Shown piece by piece: positions 45,208-56,427 of a stretch of DNA of 64,000 nucleotides. Origin of the DNA: an uncultured Acidobacteriota bacterium. Lineage in GTDB: Bacteria; Acidobacteriota; Thermoanaerobaculia; UBA5066; DATFVB01. Both the position numbers and the translations under genes were made by a program. How positions within the stretch are numbered: position 1 is the stretch's first letter; each line of letters begins with the position of its first letter. The notes beneath the pieces are model-generated. The model had not been told where the DNA came from. It made no database searches and saw nothing but the letters and a program-made list of their open reading frames with translations. Location: NCBI GenBank assembly GCA_963813155.1, contig CAWEYG010000002.1, positions 704,001 to 768,000 on the forward strand, read 5' to 3'.

Positions 45208-46047
45208 ATGAAAACCCGCTTTTCCCGAAGTTTCCTCGCCGCCGTTCTGGCGTCGATCGCCGCGACGGCCGCCGTCTCCGGCGCAACAGACACATTCGAA
45301 AAGGCTTACTCGCTCGATGGCGTTTCGAAAGTGCGGCTCGAGAACGTCAATGGCGGCGTCAACGTCCGAAGCTGGGACCGGAACTACGTCCGGGTCACGG
45401 CCACGAAGACCGGCTCGCCGGCCTCGCTCGAGCACACGATCATCCGAGTGACCCAGCCGGGCGGCCAGATCCGGATCGAGACGATTTCCACGCGCAAGCA
45501 CCACATCTTTCTCTTTTTCTTCCCCTCGGAGCGCCTCGCCCGCGTCGACTACGAGCTCCTGATGCCCGCGACGACGCCGATCAAGCTGGAAACCGTCAAC
45601 GGAACGATCTCGATCGGCTCGCGGCGCGGCGAAATTCACGCGGAGACGGTCAACGGCGGAATCGACATGCGCGGAATCGACGCCGTCGTGAGCGCGGAAA
45701 CCGTCAACGGCAGGATCTTCCTCTCGCAACAGAGCTCGCGCGAGACGAAGCTCGAGACCGTCAACGGCTCGATCGAGGCGGAATTTCCTTCCGACGCCTC
45801 CCTTCGATACAACCTCGAGACGATCAACGGCGCGATGGAAGTCGGCGAAAAGCAGAGCCGCGGCCACGCGCTCGGCATCAAGAGCTTCGAGGGCGAGATC
45901 AACGGCGGGCGGTCGCTGTTCAAGGCGTCCACGGTGAACGGTTCGATCCGCGTCCGTCTCGAGGGCGGCGCCTCGCCCCGGGAGACCGCGCCCCGGGAGG
46001 ACCATCCCGACCGGCTGACCAAACCCGACTCCGGCGACGACGACTGA
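45208..46047 (+). CDS. DUF4097 (putative adhesin) beta-repeat protein
   Basis: Signal peptide; repeated (L/A)ETVNG.I motifs; possible ECF promoter GAAC-N16-CGT at 45166-45188. Confidence 0.85.
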   Translation: MKTRFSRSFLAAVLASIAATAAVSGATDTFEKAYSLDGVSKVRLENVNGGVNVRSWDRNYVRVTATKTGSPASLEHTIIRVTQPGGQIRIETISTRKHHIFLFFFPSERLARVDYELLMPATTPIKLETVNGTISIGSRRGEIHAETVNGGIDMRGIDAVVSAETVNGRIFLSQQSSRETKLETVNGSIEAEFPSDASLRYNLETINGAMEVGEKQSRGHALGIKSFEGEINGGRSLFKASTVNGSIRVRLEGGASPRETAPREDHPDRLTKPDSGDDD

Positions 46048-46107
46048 AGCCCTCCCCTCCTTTCCCACGGGCGTCCGATGTAGATTAGCCGCGACGAGGA
46101 GGCCCGA

Positions 46108-47827
46108 ATGAAAGTGGGATTCTGTCGACCGGCGATCGGCGCCCTGGTTTCCCTCCTGCTTCTTTTCAGCGGCGTTGCCCGTTGCGAGGAGCCGCCGGAC
46201 GATCTGGTCTTCGAGGGAGGGCTCGTCGTGGACGGCACCGGAAGCCCCGCCTTCCGGGCCGATGTCGCCGCCCGGCAGGGGCGCATTTCCGCGATCGGGA
46301 GTCTCTCCGACGCGCGCAAAGCGCGCGCAAAGCGCAGGATCGACGCGCGAGCCCTCGTCGTCACACCCGGGTTCATCGATCTTCTCGGCCAGTCGGAATA
46401 CAACGTGCTCGTCGATCCCCGGGCCGCTTCCAAGATCACGCAGGGAATCACGACGGAGGTCACGGGCGAGGGGCAGTCGATCGCGCCCACCAACGCGCGG
46501 CTGATCGGCCTCGGCGAGGAAATCTGGAAGCACTATGGCGTTCGGCCCGACTGGACGACACTTTCCGGATATTTCGACGCGTTTCATCGAAAAGGGGCCG
46601 CGATCAATCTCGGAACCTTCGTCGGGCTCGGCACGGTTCGACAGATCGTGATCGGCGAGGACGACCGGCGCGCGACGCCCGAAGAGCTCTCGAAGATGGG
46701 GGCGCTCGTCGACCAGGCGATGCGCGAAGGCGCGCTCGGCGTCTCGACTTCGCTTCAGTACGTTCCGGACATGTACAACTCGACCGAGGAGATCATCGCG
46801 ATGGCGAAGGTCGCGGCGAAATACGGAGGAACGTATTTCACCCACCAGCGATCGGAGTCCAACCGCATCGATTCCTCGATGGACGAGGTGTTCCGGATCT
46901 CCCGCGAGGCGAACATTCCCGCCAACATCTGGCATTTCAAGACCGCCTCAAAGCCGAACTGGGGAAAAATGCCGCACGCGCTCGAAAAACTCGAAGCCGC
47001 GCGCGCGCAGGGCCTCGACGTCGCCGCGAATCAGTACCCGTGGACCGCAGGCGAGAACGGTCTCGACGCGTGCCTGCCCCCGTGGATCCGGGAGGGAGGC
47101 AGCGAAAAGCTCCTGGCTCGCCTGAAAGACCCGAAGCTGCGGGCTCGCGCGCGCGAGGACATGCTGAAGGATAGCGACGAGTGGACCAACCAGTATTACG
47201 GCGCCGGAGGTCCATCGGGCGTGATGCTGGCGACCGTGCTCAACCCGGACCTCAAGAAGTACGAGGGCATGACGATCGCCCAAATCTCAGAAGTTCAAAA
47301 GAAAGACCCCATCGACGCGCTGATGGACCTCGTGCTGGCCGACAAGGCGAACTCCGCGAACATCATCTTCATCATGGACGAGAACGACGTCCGCACGGCG
47401 TTGAAGAACCGGCTCGTCGCCCTCTGCACCGATTCGGGAGCGGAGGCCGAAGACGGGATCTTCTCCCAGGAGAAGTCGCATCCCGCGCGGCTGGGCCTCG
47501 TCGGCGCAGATCCTCTCGAAGTACGTGCGCGACGAGAAGCTCCTCCCGCTCGAGGAAGCGGTCCGGAAGATGACGTCACTGTCCGCCGCTCGCGCCCACC
47601 TCTTCGACCGGGGCATCCTGCGCGACGGAATGGCGGCCGACGTCGTGGCGCTCGATCTCGGAAAGGTGGCCGTGAATTCGACTTACACCGATCCGCTCCA
47701 CTATTCGAGCGGATTTCCCTACGTCGCCGTCAACGGAACGCTCGTCGTGGACGGCGGGAAGATCACCGACGCCCGGCCGGGACAGGTTCTTCTCGGTCCC
47801 GGGGCCACCGCCACACCGAGCCGCTGA
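46108..47827 (+). CDS. N-acyl-D-amino-acid deacylase family amidohydrolase (frameshift near 47485)
   Basis: VVDGTGSP, TPGFID, QGITTEVTGEG and THQRSE motifs. The shifted frame gives HPRGWAS...YVRDEKLLPLEEAVRKMT...DRGIL. Confidence 0.87.
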
Positions 47828-47932
47828 CGGAATGGGGATAGATTCGCGGACCCTCAGGCGTCAAGCGTGCGAATCGTGACAAAAACTGAGCGCAGGCCTT
47901 GAATACAAGATAAGACGATACGGCGGATCTCG

Positions 47933-49411
47933 TCAGGGGGCCGCCGTGAACCACAGCTGGGTTTGCGGGTAGCTCGGCCCGGTCAGAGCGTACAGTGCCT
48001 GAAAGCCGTTCGCGTTCGCGGTCAGCCCCTGATAGTCGCCGAGAAACAGGCCGTCCGCGTATGGCGCGTTGTTGAGATCGTAGTTCGTCGTATTTGTCGC
48101 TCCTCCCAGGAACGTCTCGCTCCAGTTTGCCGGGTTCATGCAGTTTGAGGAGCAGCGGACGAGCCAGTCAGAAACCGGCGCGGCGGAGCCGTCGCTATAA
48201 CGGTAGTCAAAATAAGAAATGCCGATCGTGCCGTTGGGAGCCACGGCGATCATCGGGTTGAGCGCGGGCCAGCTCCCCGACTTGTCGATCGGCACGGGCG
48301 AGGTCCAATGGATACCGCGATCCGTCGACACGGAAAACACGATCGACGACGCCTTGCCGAATCCCCCGTCCTGCCACGTCATCAGCAGGCGGCCTGAAGC
48401 ATCCACGGCCAGCTGAACGATCGGGTCCACGTCGCCGCCGGCGCGAATATAGCTGAAGTACGGCGGGGCGTAGACGACCGCCGGGTTGACCGCCGACGCG
48501 CGGGTGGGCGTCGACCAGGTGTTGCCGCCGTCCTTCGAGCGGCTCGTCATCATGTACTGAACCCAGTAGTTGCTCTTCCCAAATTTCTTCAGGAACGACA
48601 CATTGACCGCCATCACGAGCGTGCGGTCCGGGAGCACGGCGATTTGGGGACCGCTCGTGTAATTGTTACCGCCAGGACGATAGACCGGGGCCGGAACCGA
48701 CCAGGTCTGGCCGCCGTCGGTCGTCCTCGAAATATAGACCGACGAGTACTGTCCCTGGTACCGGAAATGCGCCGGCCAGTCGCCAAAGCCCCAGCGCGGC
48801 TGCACGTAGCGGTCCCACACCATGTAAAGCGTGTAAGGGTCGTACGGGTCGGCCGTCAGGGACACTTTGTCGTCATACGGAAAGCGCGGCGGCTGCACGA
48901 CGGTGTCCGCGGCGTTCACAAGAGAGCTCCAGGTGAATCCGCCGTCGCTCGATCTCGCGGCGATCATGCCCAACTGCTGCGGGTTGCTGAAGGCGCTGAA
49001 CGACTGGCTGACAAGGTAGAGGTCGCCATTGGTGGTGAACGCGAGCCACGGGTCGGTCCCGCGCGACCACGGGCCGCCGTCACAATTGGCGATGTCGGCG
49101 ACGGTGACCTGCGTCCAGGTCGAGCCTCCGTCGGTGCTCACCTCAATGACGTCACCGCGAGATCCGCCGTCGCTGTACCTGTCCTGCTGATGCATGGAGA
49201 CAATGTTGTTTGGGTTCGTCGGGTTGACCGCGAGGAACGGCTCGACGAGGCTGTCCGGGTAGTTGGTACCCGACTGAGACCCAACGTCGTCGCTCGTGCA
49301 CGAATCGTAAGGGCTCGCGGTTGCCACCAGTACTTGCGAGGCGCGCGAGGTACCCGCGAGGGCCGTGACCAGGACAAGGACCGACAACCGGAGCGGGGCC
49401 GTCTTCAACAT
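47933..49411 (-). CDS. Secreted BNR-repeat sialidase-like beta-propeller protein
   Basis: SD AAGGAG; signal peptide; EPFLAVNPTNP; STDGGSTW-type Asp-boxes; FLGDYQGL. Confidence 0.8.
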   Translation of the reverse strand: MLKTAPLRLSVLVLVTALAGTSRASQVLVATASPYDSCTSDDVGSQSGTNYPDSLVEPFLAVNPTNPNNIVSMHQQDRYSDGGSRGDVIEVSTDGGSTWTQVTVADIANCDGGPWSRGTDPWLAFTTNGDLYLVSQSFSAFSNPQQLGMIAARSSDGGFTWSSLVNAADTVVQPPRFPYDDKVSLTADPYDPYTLYMVWDRYVQPRWGFGDWPAHFRYQGQYSSVYISRTTDGGQTWSVPAPVYRPGGNNYTSGPQIAVLPDRTLVMAVNVSFLKKFGKSNYWVQYMMTSRSKDGGNTWSTPTRASAVNPAVVYAPPYFSYIRAGGDVDPIVQLAVDASGRLLMTWQDGGFGKASSIVFSVSTDRGIHWTSPVPIDKSGSWPALNPMIAVAPNGTIGISYFDYRYSDGSAAPVSDWLVRCSSNCMNPANWSETFLGGATNTTNYDLNNAPYADGLFLGDYQGLTANANGFQALYALTGPSYPQTQLWFTAAP

Positions 49412-49532
49412 TGCTTCTCCTTTTGGTGCGAGTACTCTACGCGGTGGGTCACACACCGTCAATTGCTTCGACGGCCGGGGATCCAACGGAAGGCGGGTGC
49501 GCCATCCAAGTTAGAATGCGAATCGACTCAAG

Positions 49533-52184
49533 ATGACTCTCGCAAACGGCACCCGCCTGGGCCCCCACGAGATCCTTGCGCCGATCGGCGCCGGGGGAAT
49601 GGGCGAAGTCTACAAGGCTCGCGACACCCGGCTCGACCGGATTGTCGCGATCAAGGTTCTGCCGGAGCAGTTCGCGGCGAACCTCGAGCTCAAGCAGCGG
49701 TTCGAACGCGAGGCGAAGGCCATCTCCCAGCTGACGCATCCGCATATCTGCACGCTCTACGACGTTGGCAACGAAGCGGGCGTCGAGTATCTGGTCATGG
49801 AATATCTCGAAGGTGAGTCGCTCGCGCAGAGGCTCGAAAACGGAGCGCTGCCTCCGCCTCAGGTCATCACCTACGGCATCCAGATCGCCGACGCGCTCGA
49901 AAAGGCGCATCGGAGCGGGATCGTCCACCGGGACCTGAAGCCGGGCAACATCATGCTGACGAAGTCGGGCGTCAAGCTGCTCGACTTCGGTCTCGCGAAG
50001 ATGGCGGCGCCCTCCGGCGTCGTTTCCGAAATGTCGAGCCTTCCGACCGAAGGAATTCCGAGCCAGCCGCTGACGGAAAAGGGCACCGTCATGGGGACGT
50101 TCCAGTACATGGCGCCGGAACAGATCGAGGGAGCGGAAGCCGACGCCCGGACGGACATCTTCGCGTTCGGCTGCGTCCTGTACGAAATGGCGACCGGGCG
50201 GAAGGCGTTCTCGGGAAAGTCCCGCGTCTCGCTGATTGGCTCGATCCTGAAGGATGAGCCCCCGCCGATTTCCTCGATCCAACAGATGACTCCGCCGGCG
50301 CTCGACCGTCTCGTCCAGACGTGTCTCGCCAAGGAGCCGGAAGACCGCTTCCAGACTGCGCACGACGTGAAGCTTCAGCTCCAGTGGATAGCGGAGGGCG
50401 GCTCCCAGGCGGGCGCTCCCGCGGTCGTCGTTTCGCGCCGCAAGACGCGCGAGAAGCTCGCATGGTCGGCTGCCGTCGTTTTCGCCCTCGCGGCCGCCGT
50501 CCTCGGAGTCGGGTACGCGCGCCGGGCGCCGGCGCCGACGAGCACGATGCGGTTCCAGATCCTGCCTCCCGAAGCCATCGTGACCATCGAGGCGCCGAAA
50601 ATCTCACCCGACGGAAAGCTCGTCGCCTTTTCGGCAACGATGGAAAACGGCAAGTCGCAAATCTGGCTTCGCCCGCTCGAAGCCCTCGATCCCCGGCCGG
50701 TTCCCGGCACGGAGGGAGCGTCGTTCCGGCCTTTCTGGTCGCCCGACAGCCGTCACATCGGGTTCATCGCGGACGGAAAGCTGAAGAAAGTGGACATCTT
50801 CGGAGCGCCGCCGCAGACCATCTGCGACGCGAGAACGGGAGCCGACGGGTCGTGGAGTAAAGAGGGCGTGATCCTCTTCGACGGCCAGACGACCGATCCG
50901 ATCCGCCGCGTTTCCGCCTCCGGAGGGATCCCCCAGACAGCCGTGAAGGGCGAAGAGAACCAGGCCGTCGGCTGGCCGAGCTTCCTGCCGGACGGCCGAC
51001 ACTTCCTCTACTACGAGAACGGCGGAAAGACCCGGGAGGGTCGGCTGATGGCAGCAAGCCTCGACCCGAAGGAAAAACCCAAAGCGATACTCTCTTCGGA
51101 TTCGCTGCCCCAGTTCGCGCAGCCCGGACAGCTCCTCTACGTCAAGGAAGGCACGCTCGTCGCGCAGGCCTTCGATCCTTCCGCACTCAAGATCGCGGGC
51201 GAGCCGGTCCCGGTGGCGGAAAAGATCGGGATGAACGCCAACGGGCAGTCGGATTTCTCGGTTTCGGACAACGGCGTCCTCGTGTACCGCGGCGGCGCCT
51301 CAAACGAAGATCGCCTCGTCTGGGTGGACCGGAACGGCAAAGAGCTCTCCGAGGTCGACAAGCCTGCGCAGTTCGAGACGACGGCGCTTTCGCCCGACGG
51401 CGCGCGCCTCGCGATCGAGATGAAGGCCGCGCGTGCGGGCAAGAATGCGATCTGGATCCGTGACCTGGCGCGAGGCGTGACCTCGCGACTGACGTTCGAC
51501 GAATCCAGCGGCTCGTCGCCCGTCTGGTCGCCGGATGGAACCCGTGTGCTCTTCTCGTCCGACCGAAGCGGAACGCCGAGCCTCTACGAAAAATCCGCAG
51601 CGGGGACGGGATCGGAAAAGGAAATCTGGACCTGCGGGGAGACGCTGCTCGCGAACGACTGGTCGCGGGACGGAAAATTCCTCGCCGTCAACCGCCTGAC
51701 CGCGAAGAATAGCTTTGACATCTGGATCGTACCGATGGACGGATCGAGCAAGCCGTTCGCTTTCGTCCAAACTCCTTTCCTCGACGTGCTGCCGGTCTTC
51801 TCCCCGGACGGACGCTATGTCGCCTACATGTCGAACGAGACCGGCCGTTTCGAGATTTACGTGCAGCAGTTTCCGGGACCGGGCGGAAAATGGCAGGTGT
51901 CGGCGAGCGGGGGTCTCGAACCCCACTGGAGCGCCGACGGGAAGACGATATATTTCCGCAGCCCGGATTCCAAGGTGATGTCCGTCGGTGTGGAGACGGG
52001 TTCGACGTTCACCGCCGGAGTGCCCCAACCCCTCTTCGGGACCCTCTTCCAGCCCGGCCAGAGGAGGAATTCCTTCCTCGTGACCGGGGACGGCCAGAAG
52101 TTCCTGATCCTGACTTCGCTCGGCAAAGACCGCATCGCGCCGATGACCGTCGTCCTCAATTGGACCTCGTCCTTCCACAACTGA
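49533..52184 (+). CDS. Ser/Thr protein kinase with TM and TolB-like propellers
   Basis: [38 protein letters not shown]; SPDG repeats; C-terminal VVLNW. Confidence 0.94.
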   Translation: MTLANGTRLGPHEILAPIGAGGMGEVYKARDTRLDRIVAIKVLPEQFAANLELKQRFEREAKAISQLTHPHICTLYDVGNEAGVEYLVMEYLEGESLAQRLENGALPPPQVITYGIQIADALEKAHRSGIVHRDLKPGNIMLTKSGVKLLDFGLAKMAAPSGVVSEMSSLPTEGIPSQPLTEKGTVMGTFQYMAPEQIEGAEADARTDIFAFGCVLYEMATGRKAFSGKSRVSLIGSILKDEPPPISSIQQMTPPALDRLVQTCLAKEPEDRFQTAHDVKLQLQWIAEGGSQAGAPAVVVSRRKTREKLAWSAAVVFALAAAVLGVGYARRAPAPTSTMRFQILPPEAIVTIEAPKISPDGKLVAFSATMENGKSQIWLRPLEALDPRPVPGTEGASFRPFWSPDSRHIGFIADGKLKKVDIFGAPPQTICDARTGADGSWSKEGVILFDGQTTDPIRRVSASGGIPQTAVKGEENQAVGWPSFLPDGRHFLYYENGGKTREGRLMAASLDPKEKPKAILSSDSLPQFAQPGQLLYVKEGTLVAQAFDPSALKIAGEPVPVAEKIGMNANGQSDFSVSDNGVLVYRGGASNEDRLVWVDRNGKELSEVDKPAQFETTALSPDGARLAIEMKAARAGKNAIWIRDLARGVTSRLTFDESSGSSPVWSPDGTRVLFSSDRSGTPSLYEKSAAGTGSEKEIWTCGETLLANDWSRDGKFLAVNRLTAKNSFDIWIVPMDGSSKPFAFVQTPFLDVLPVFSPDGRYVAYMSNETGRFEIYVQQFPGPGGKWQVSASGGLEPHWSADGKTIYFRSPDSKVMSVGVETGSTFTAGVPQPLFGTLFQPGQRRNSFLVTGDGQKFLILTSLGKDRIAPMTVVLNWTSSFHN

Positions 52185-52243
52185 GGCCCTGTCACCCGAG
52201 TAGAATCCGGTGAAGGAATCGAATTTTTCGAAGGAGGCCTGAA

Positions 52244-53845
52244 ATGCGGACATTTTGCATCGTGCTCGCATTGTTCGCCGCGTGCGCGGCGGCCCAGGAA
52301 CCGACCGTCGGGAGCCTCGCGTTCCCGAATTCCGGATCGGCGGCCGCGCAGAAGGCGTTCCTCTACGGCCTCGCCGAGCTCCACAACTTCGAGTACGACG
52401 ACGCGGCCAAAGCCTTCCGGCTCGCGGAGGAGACCGACCCGGGCTTTGCCATGGCCTACTGGGGCGAGGCCATGACGAAGAATCACCCGATCTGGATGCA
52501 GCAGGACCTCGATGCCGCTCGCGAGATCCTGAACCGTCTGGCGCCGACGCCCGAGGGACGCCTCGCCAAAGCGCCGACGCCGCGCGAGAAAGCCTACCTG
52601 GGCGCGCTCGAGATCCTCTACGGAAAGGGCACCAAGGCCGAGCGCGACACGGCCTATTCCGAGGCGATGGGCGCCCTTTTGAGTAAATTCCCCGAAGACC
52701 CGGACGCGGCCGCGTTTTATGCGCTGTCCCTCCTCGGCACGGCGGAGGAAGGGCGCGACATTCCCACCTACATGAAGGCGGCCGGAATTCTGGAGCCGCT
52801 TTTCTACCGGTACCCGCAACATCCCGGAATCGCGCACTACCTCATTCACTCCTGCGACGACCCCGTTCACGCGCCGTTGGCTCTTCCGGCCGCGCGGGCC
52901 TACTCGAAAATCGCGCCGGATGCCGGCCATGCGCAGCACATGTGCTCGCACATCTTTCTCGCGCTCGGCATGTGGGACGACGTCGTGACCGCGAACGAAA
53001 AGGCCATCGCCGTCGTGAACCGACACCGAAGCCGCGATGGACTCCCCGAGCACGCGTGCGGGCATGCCCCGATCTGGCTCGAATATGGCTACCTTCAGCA
53101 GGGACGCGTACGGGAGGCCGACCAGGCCCTGGCCCGCTGCCAGGCCCAGGTCGCGAGAGCAGCACAGGACGAGCATCACGGAAGTCATCTCGATCCGGAC
53201 AGCTCCCCGACCGGATCTTTCGTCGAGATGTGGGTCTTCCGGGTGCTCGACGCCGGGGAGTCCGCTTTCCCGGAGCTGCCGAAGGAAATCGACCTCGCAA
53301 ATTCTCCGGAAACGCGGCTGACCTATGAGTACATCCGGGGCCTCAGTCTGGCGAAACAAGAAGATCCGAAGGGGCTGCGGGAGGCGTCGGCCGCATTCGA
53401 CCAGGCGCGGACGGAAGTCGAAAAAAAAGACCCCGGCAGCAACGGCAAGATGTACGCCGGGCGACTGAAGGTTCTGCGGCTCGAGCTCGACTCCGCGATC
53501 GAGCTCGCGGGCGGAAAAGCCGAAGACGCCGTCAACCTCCTTCGCAAGGCCTCCGCGGAGGAAAACGGGCTTCCTTCGGCGTTCGGGCCTCCTTTCGTCG
53601 AGAAACCCTCCGATGAAATGCTGGGCGAGACATTGCTGACCCTGAAGCGGCCGGCCGAAGCCGTAAAGGCGTTCGAGGCCGCGCTCGCGCGCGCTCCCCA
53701 ACGCCCGACGTCGCTCCTGGGGCTCGCCCGTGCGCAATCCCAATCAGGCGAAGCGGAAGAGTCGCGCCGGACTTACGCGGATCTTCGCGACATCTGGCGA
53801 CATGCCGATGTCCTTCCGGATGACGTGAGAAGTACCTCGAAGTGA
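52244..53845 (+). CDS. Secreted TPR-repeat protein
   Basis: SD AAGGAGG; signal peptide; AQKAFLYGLAELHNF, DPGFAMAYWG, HPGIAHYLIH and HAQHMCSHIF motifs. Confidence 0.85.
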   Translation: MRTFCIVLALFAACAAAQEPTVGSLAFPNSGSAAAQKAFLYGLAELHNFEYDDAAKAFRLAEETDPGFAMAYWGEAMTKNHPIWMQQDLDAAREILNRLAPTPEGRLAKAPTPREKAYLGALEILYGKGTKAERDTAYSEAMGALLSKFPEDPDAAAFYALSLLGTAEEGRDIPTYMKAAGILEPLFYRYPQHPGIAHYLIHSCDDPVHAPLALPAARAYSKIAPDAGHAQHMCSHIFLALGMWDDVVTANEKAIAVVNRHRSRDGLPEHACGHAPIWLEYGYLQQGRVREADQALARCQAQVARAAQDEHHGSHLDPDSSPTGSFVEMWVFRVLDAGESAFPELPKEIDLANSPETRLTYEYIRGLSLAKQEDPKGLREASAAFDQARTEVEKKDPGSNGKMYAGRLKVLRLELDSAIELAGGKAEDAVNLLRKASAEENGLPSAFGPPFVEKPSDEMLGETLLTLKRPAEAVKAFEAALARAPQRPTSLLGLARAQSQSGEAEESRRTYADLRDIWRHADVLPDDVRSTSK

Positions 53846-56427
53846 CCCTCTCCGCCGGCACGCGTCTCGGGCCATACGAAATCGTCAGTCCACTCGGCGC
53901 GGGCGGGATGGGAGAGGTCTATCGGGCGCGCGACACGCGGCTCGGCCGCGACGTCGCCGTCAAGGTACTCCCCGAAGAGCTCGCCGGGGATCCCGAGCGT
54001 CTCCGCCGCTTCGAGGGAGAAGCCCGCGCCGCGTCCGCGCTCTCCGACCCTCACATCGTCACCGTGTTCGACGTCGGTGCCGACCGCGGCGTTCACTGGT
54101 TCGCGGCCGAGCTCGTCGAAGGTCCCGACCTCCGGGCGCTGATCGCGAGCGACGGGCTGCCGGTGCGCAAAGTCCTCGAACTCGCCGAGCAGATCGCCTC
54201 GGGTCTCGCCGCCGCGCACGAGAAGGGAATCGTGCACCGCGACTTGAAACCGGAAAACATCCTCCTGACCCGTTCCGGCCTCGCGAAAATCGCCGACTTC
54301 GGCCTGGCCAAGCTCGCCGAACAGAGCGGCGCGCATCTCTCTTCCTTTCCGACGACAGACGGGCACCCGACCGCGGCTGGCGTCCTCATGGGGACGATCA
54401 ACTACATGTCGCCGGAACAGGCCCGCGGCGCCGCCATCGATTTCCGCTCGGACCAGTTCGCGTTCGGCGCGATCGTGCACGAGATGCTGACGGGCCGAAC
54501 GGTATTCCGGCGGGGCAGCCCCGCCGAGACGCTCGCCGCCATTCTCCGCGAGGAGCCGCCTCCGCTGCCCGCTCCCGTTCCCGCGCCCCTCCGGTGGATC
54601 GTGGAGCGGTGTTTGAGCAAGGAGCCCGACGGTAGATACGGTTCGACAGCCGACCTGCGGCGCGACCTGGCGACCATTCGCGAACATCTGAGCGAAGCCG
54701 CTTTCAGCGCGGCGCCGCTCTCGGCCAACGCGCGGCCGGGTCCCGACCGACCGCGGCCTGTTTCGCCGGGTCTCCTCGCAGCGGGTGTCGCCGTCCTCGC
54801 TGCGGGAATCGTCGTCGGAAAATTCGGCTGGAAGGGCGCCCGTCCCAATCCGCCGACGTACCATCAGATCACCTTCGAATCCGGAGATGTCGACGCGGCG
54901 CGGTTCGCGCCGGATGGCCAGACAATCCTCTATTCTGCGCGCTGGAAAGGCGGCCCTTCGCGCATCTATTCGACGAGGACCGACAGCACCGAATCGAGCG
55001 CGCTGGCACTTCCCGACGCAAGTCTTTTCTCGATCTCGTCGACCGGCAAGATCGCGATCGGAATCCGGGGAACTCTCGCCGAGGCTGCCCTCGCGGGCGG
55101 AGCGCCGCGCGACATCCTCGAAGACGTCACGGCTGCCGACTGGTCGCCCGATGGAAAAGACCTCGCCGTCACACATTTCCTCCGGGATCGCTCGGTTCTC
55201 GAGTACCCCGTCGGCAAGGTTCTCGTCGATCCGGGTGCGGGAGGCGCCGTCGAGAACGTGCGTTTCTCGCCCGACGGACGCCGTCTCGCGTTCATTCACA
55301 AGGCTGCGGCGGTGGGCGGAATGGGCCATCTGGACGTGTCCTCGATCGGAATCTACGACCTTGCGCGGGAGAAGGCGACCCTGCTGACCTCCGGCTGGGA
55401 GGCCATGGGCCTCGCGTGGACGCCGGACGGGAAGGAGATCTGGTTCGGGGCCCGGCCGGCCGGATCGACGTCCGGCGGACTCGTCACCAACGCCGTCGAT
55501 CTTTCCGGCCGAACGCGCGTGGTCGCGTGCGCGCCCTGGGTTCTCTGGATCCAGGACATTTTCAGAGACGGCCGCGTGCTGCTGATGCACGGCTACTGGC
55601 CGACCACGACGCTCTACAGGGCCCCCGGCGCCAGCGTCGATAAGGACCTTTCGTGGCTCGAGTTTTCCTTCGCGCAGGATCTTTCCACCGACGGAAAAAC
55701 GCTGCTCTTCGGCGAGGGCGGGATCAGCGGGGGCGCCCGGGGCGAAGTATTCCTCTGGAAGACGGACGCAAGCTCGCCCCCCGTCAGGCTCGGCGAAGGG
55801 CACCCGGCGGGCCTTTCTCCCGACGGGAAACAGGCGATCGCGATTTCGGCGGGGCCGAACCGGGGGCTCGTCGTCCTGCCGACCGGGGCCGGGCCGTCGG
55901 CGGACCTCACGACGCCGGGAATGAAGTACCTCGATGCCGAATGGTTCCCGGACGGAAAGCGCGTGCTCATCCTCGGCGAGCGCTCCGGCGATCACTCCAC
56001 CCGGCTCTTCGAGCAGCCCGTCTCGGGTGGCGCGCCGCGAGCGTTACCGGTCACGGCCGCGGAGATCGGCCCGATCTCTCCGGACGGCTCGACTGTCGCC
56101 ATCCCTTCCGAATCGGGCGAAGTCCGGCTCCTCCCGATCGACGGGGCCGCGCCGAAAACCATTCCCGGTGTGACCGCCAGGGAGGTTCTTCGATGGAGCG
56201 GCGACGGATCCGCGATCTTCGTCCGGAGCGGCTGGGTGCCCGCGAAGCTGCTGCGCGTGGATGTTCGCACCGGAGCCACGACGCCGATCGGCGAACTCGC
56301 CCCGTTTGACCGGTCGGGCGTCACCTTCATCGGCGAACGGCCGCCAATCACCCCGGACGGATCCTCCTACGCGTATTCCTTCGTCCGTTTTCTCGACGAT
56401 CTCTACGTCGTGACGGGGCTGCGGTGA
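53842..56427 (+). CDS. Ser/Thr protein kinase with TM and TolB-like propellers
   Basis: Complete kinase motifs (HRDLKPEN, DFGLAK); QITFESG...ARFAPDG; GTG overlaps the upstream stop. Confidence 0.94.
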   Translation: MTLSAGTRLGPYEIVSPLGAGGMGEVYRARDTRLGRDVAVKVLPEELAGDPERLRRFEGEARAASALSDPHIVTVFDVGADRGVHWFAAELVEGPDLRALIASDGLPVRKVLELAEQIASGLAAAHEKGIVHRDLKPENILLTRSGLAKIADFGLAKLAEQSGAHLSSFPTTDGHPTAAGVLMGTINYMSPEQARGAAIDFRSDQFAFGAIVHEMLTGRTVFRRGSPAETLAAILREEPPPLPAPVPAPLRWIVERCLSKEPDGRYGSTADLRRDLATIREHLSEAAFSAAPLSANARPGPDRPRPVSPGLLAAGVAVLAAGIVVGKFGWKGARPNPPTYHQITFESGDVDAARFAPDGQTILYSARWKGGPSRIYSTRTDSTESSALALPDASLFSISSTGKIAIGIRGTLAEAALAGGAPRDILEDVTAADWSPDGKDLAVTHFLRDRSVLEYPVGKVLVDPGAGGAVENVRFSPDGRRLAFIHKAAAVGGMGHLDVSSIGIYDLAREKATLLTSGWEAMGLAWTPDGKEIWFGARPAGSTSGGLVTNAVDLSGRTRVVACAPWVLWIQDIFRDGRVLLMHGYWPTTTLYRAPGASVDKDLSWLEFSFAQDLSTDGKTLLFGEGGISGGARGEVFLWKTDASSPPVRLGEGHPAGLSPDGKQAIAISAGPNRGLVVLPTGAGPSADLTTPGMKYLDAEWFPDGKRVLILGERSGDHSTRLFEQPVSGGAPRALPVTAAEIGPISPDGSTVAIPSESGEVRLLPIDGAAPKTIPGVTAREVLRWSGDGSAIFVRSGWVPAKLLRVDVRTGATTPIGELAPFDRSGVTFIGERPPITPDGSSYAYSFVRFLDDLYVVTGLR

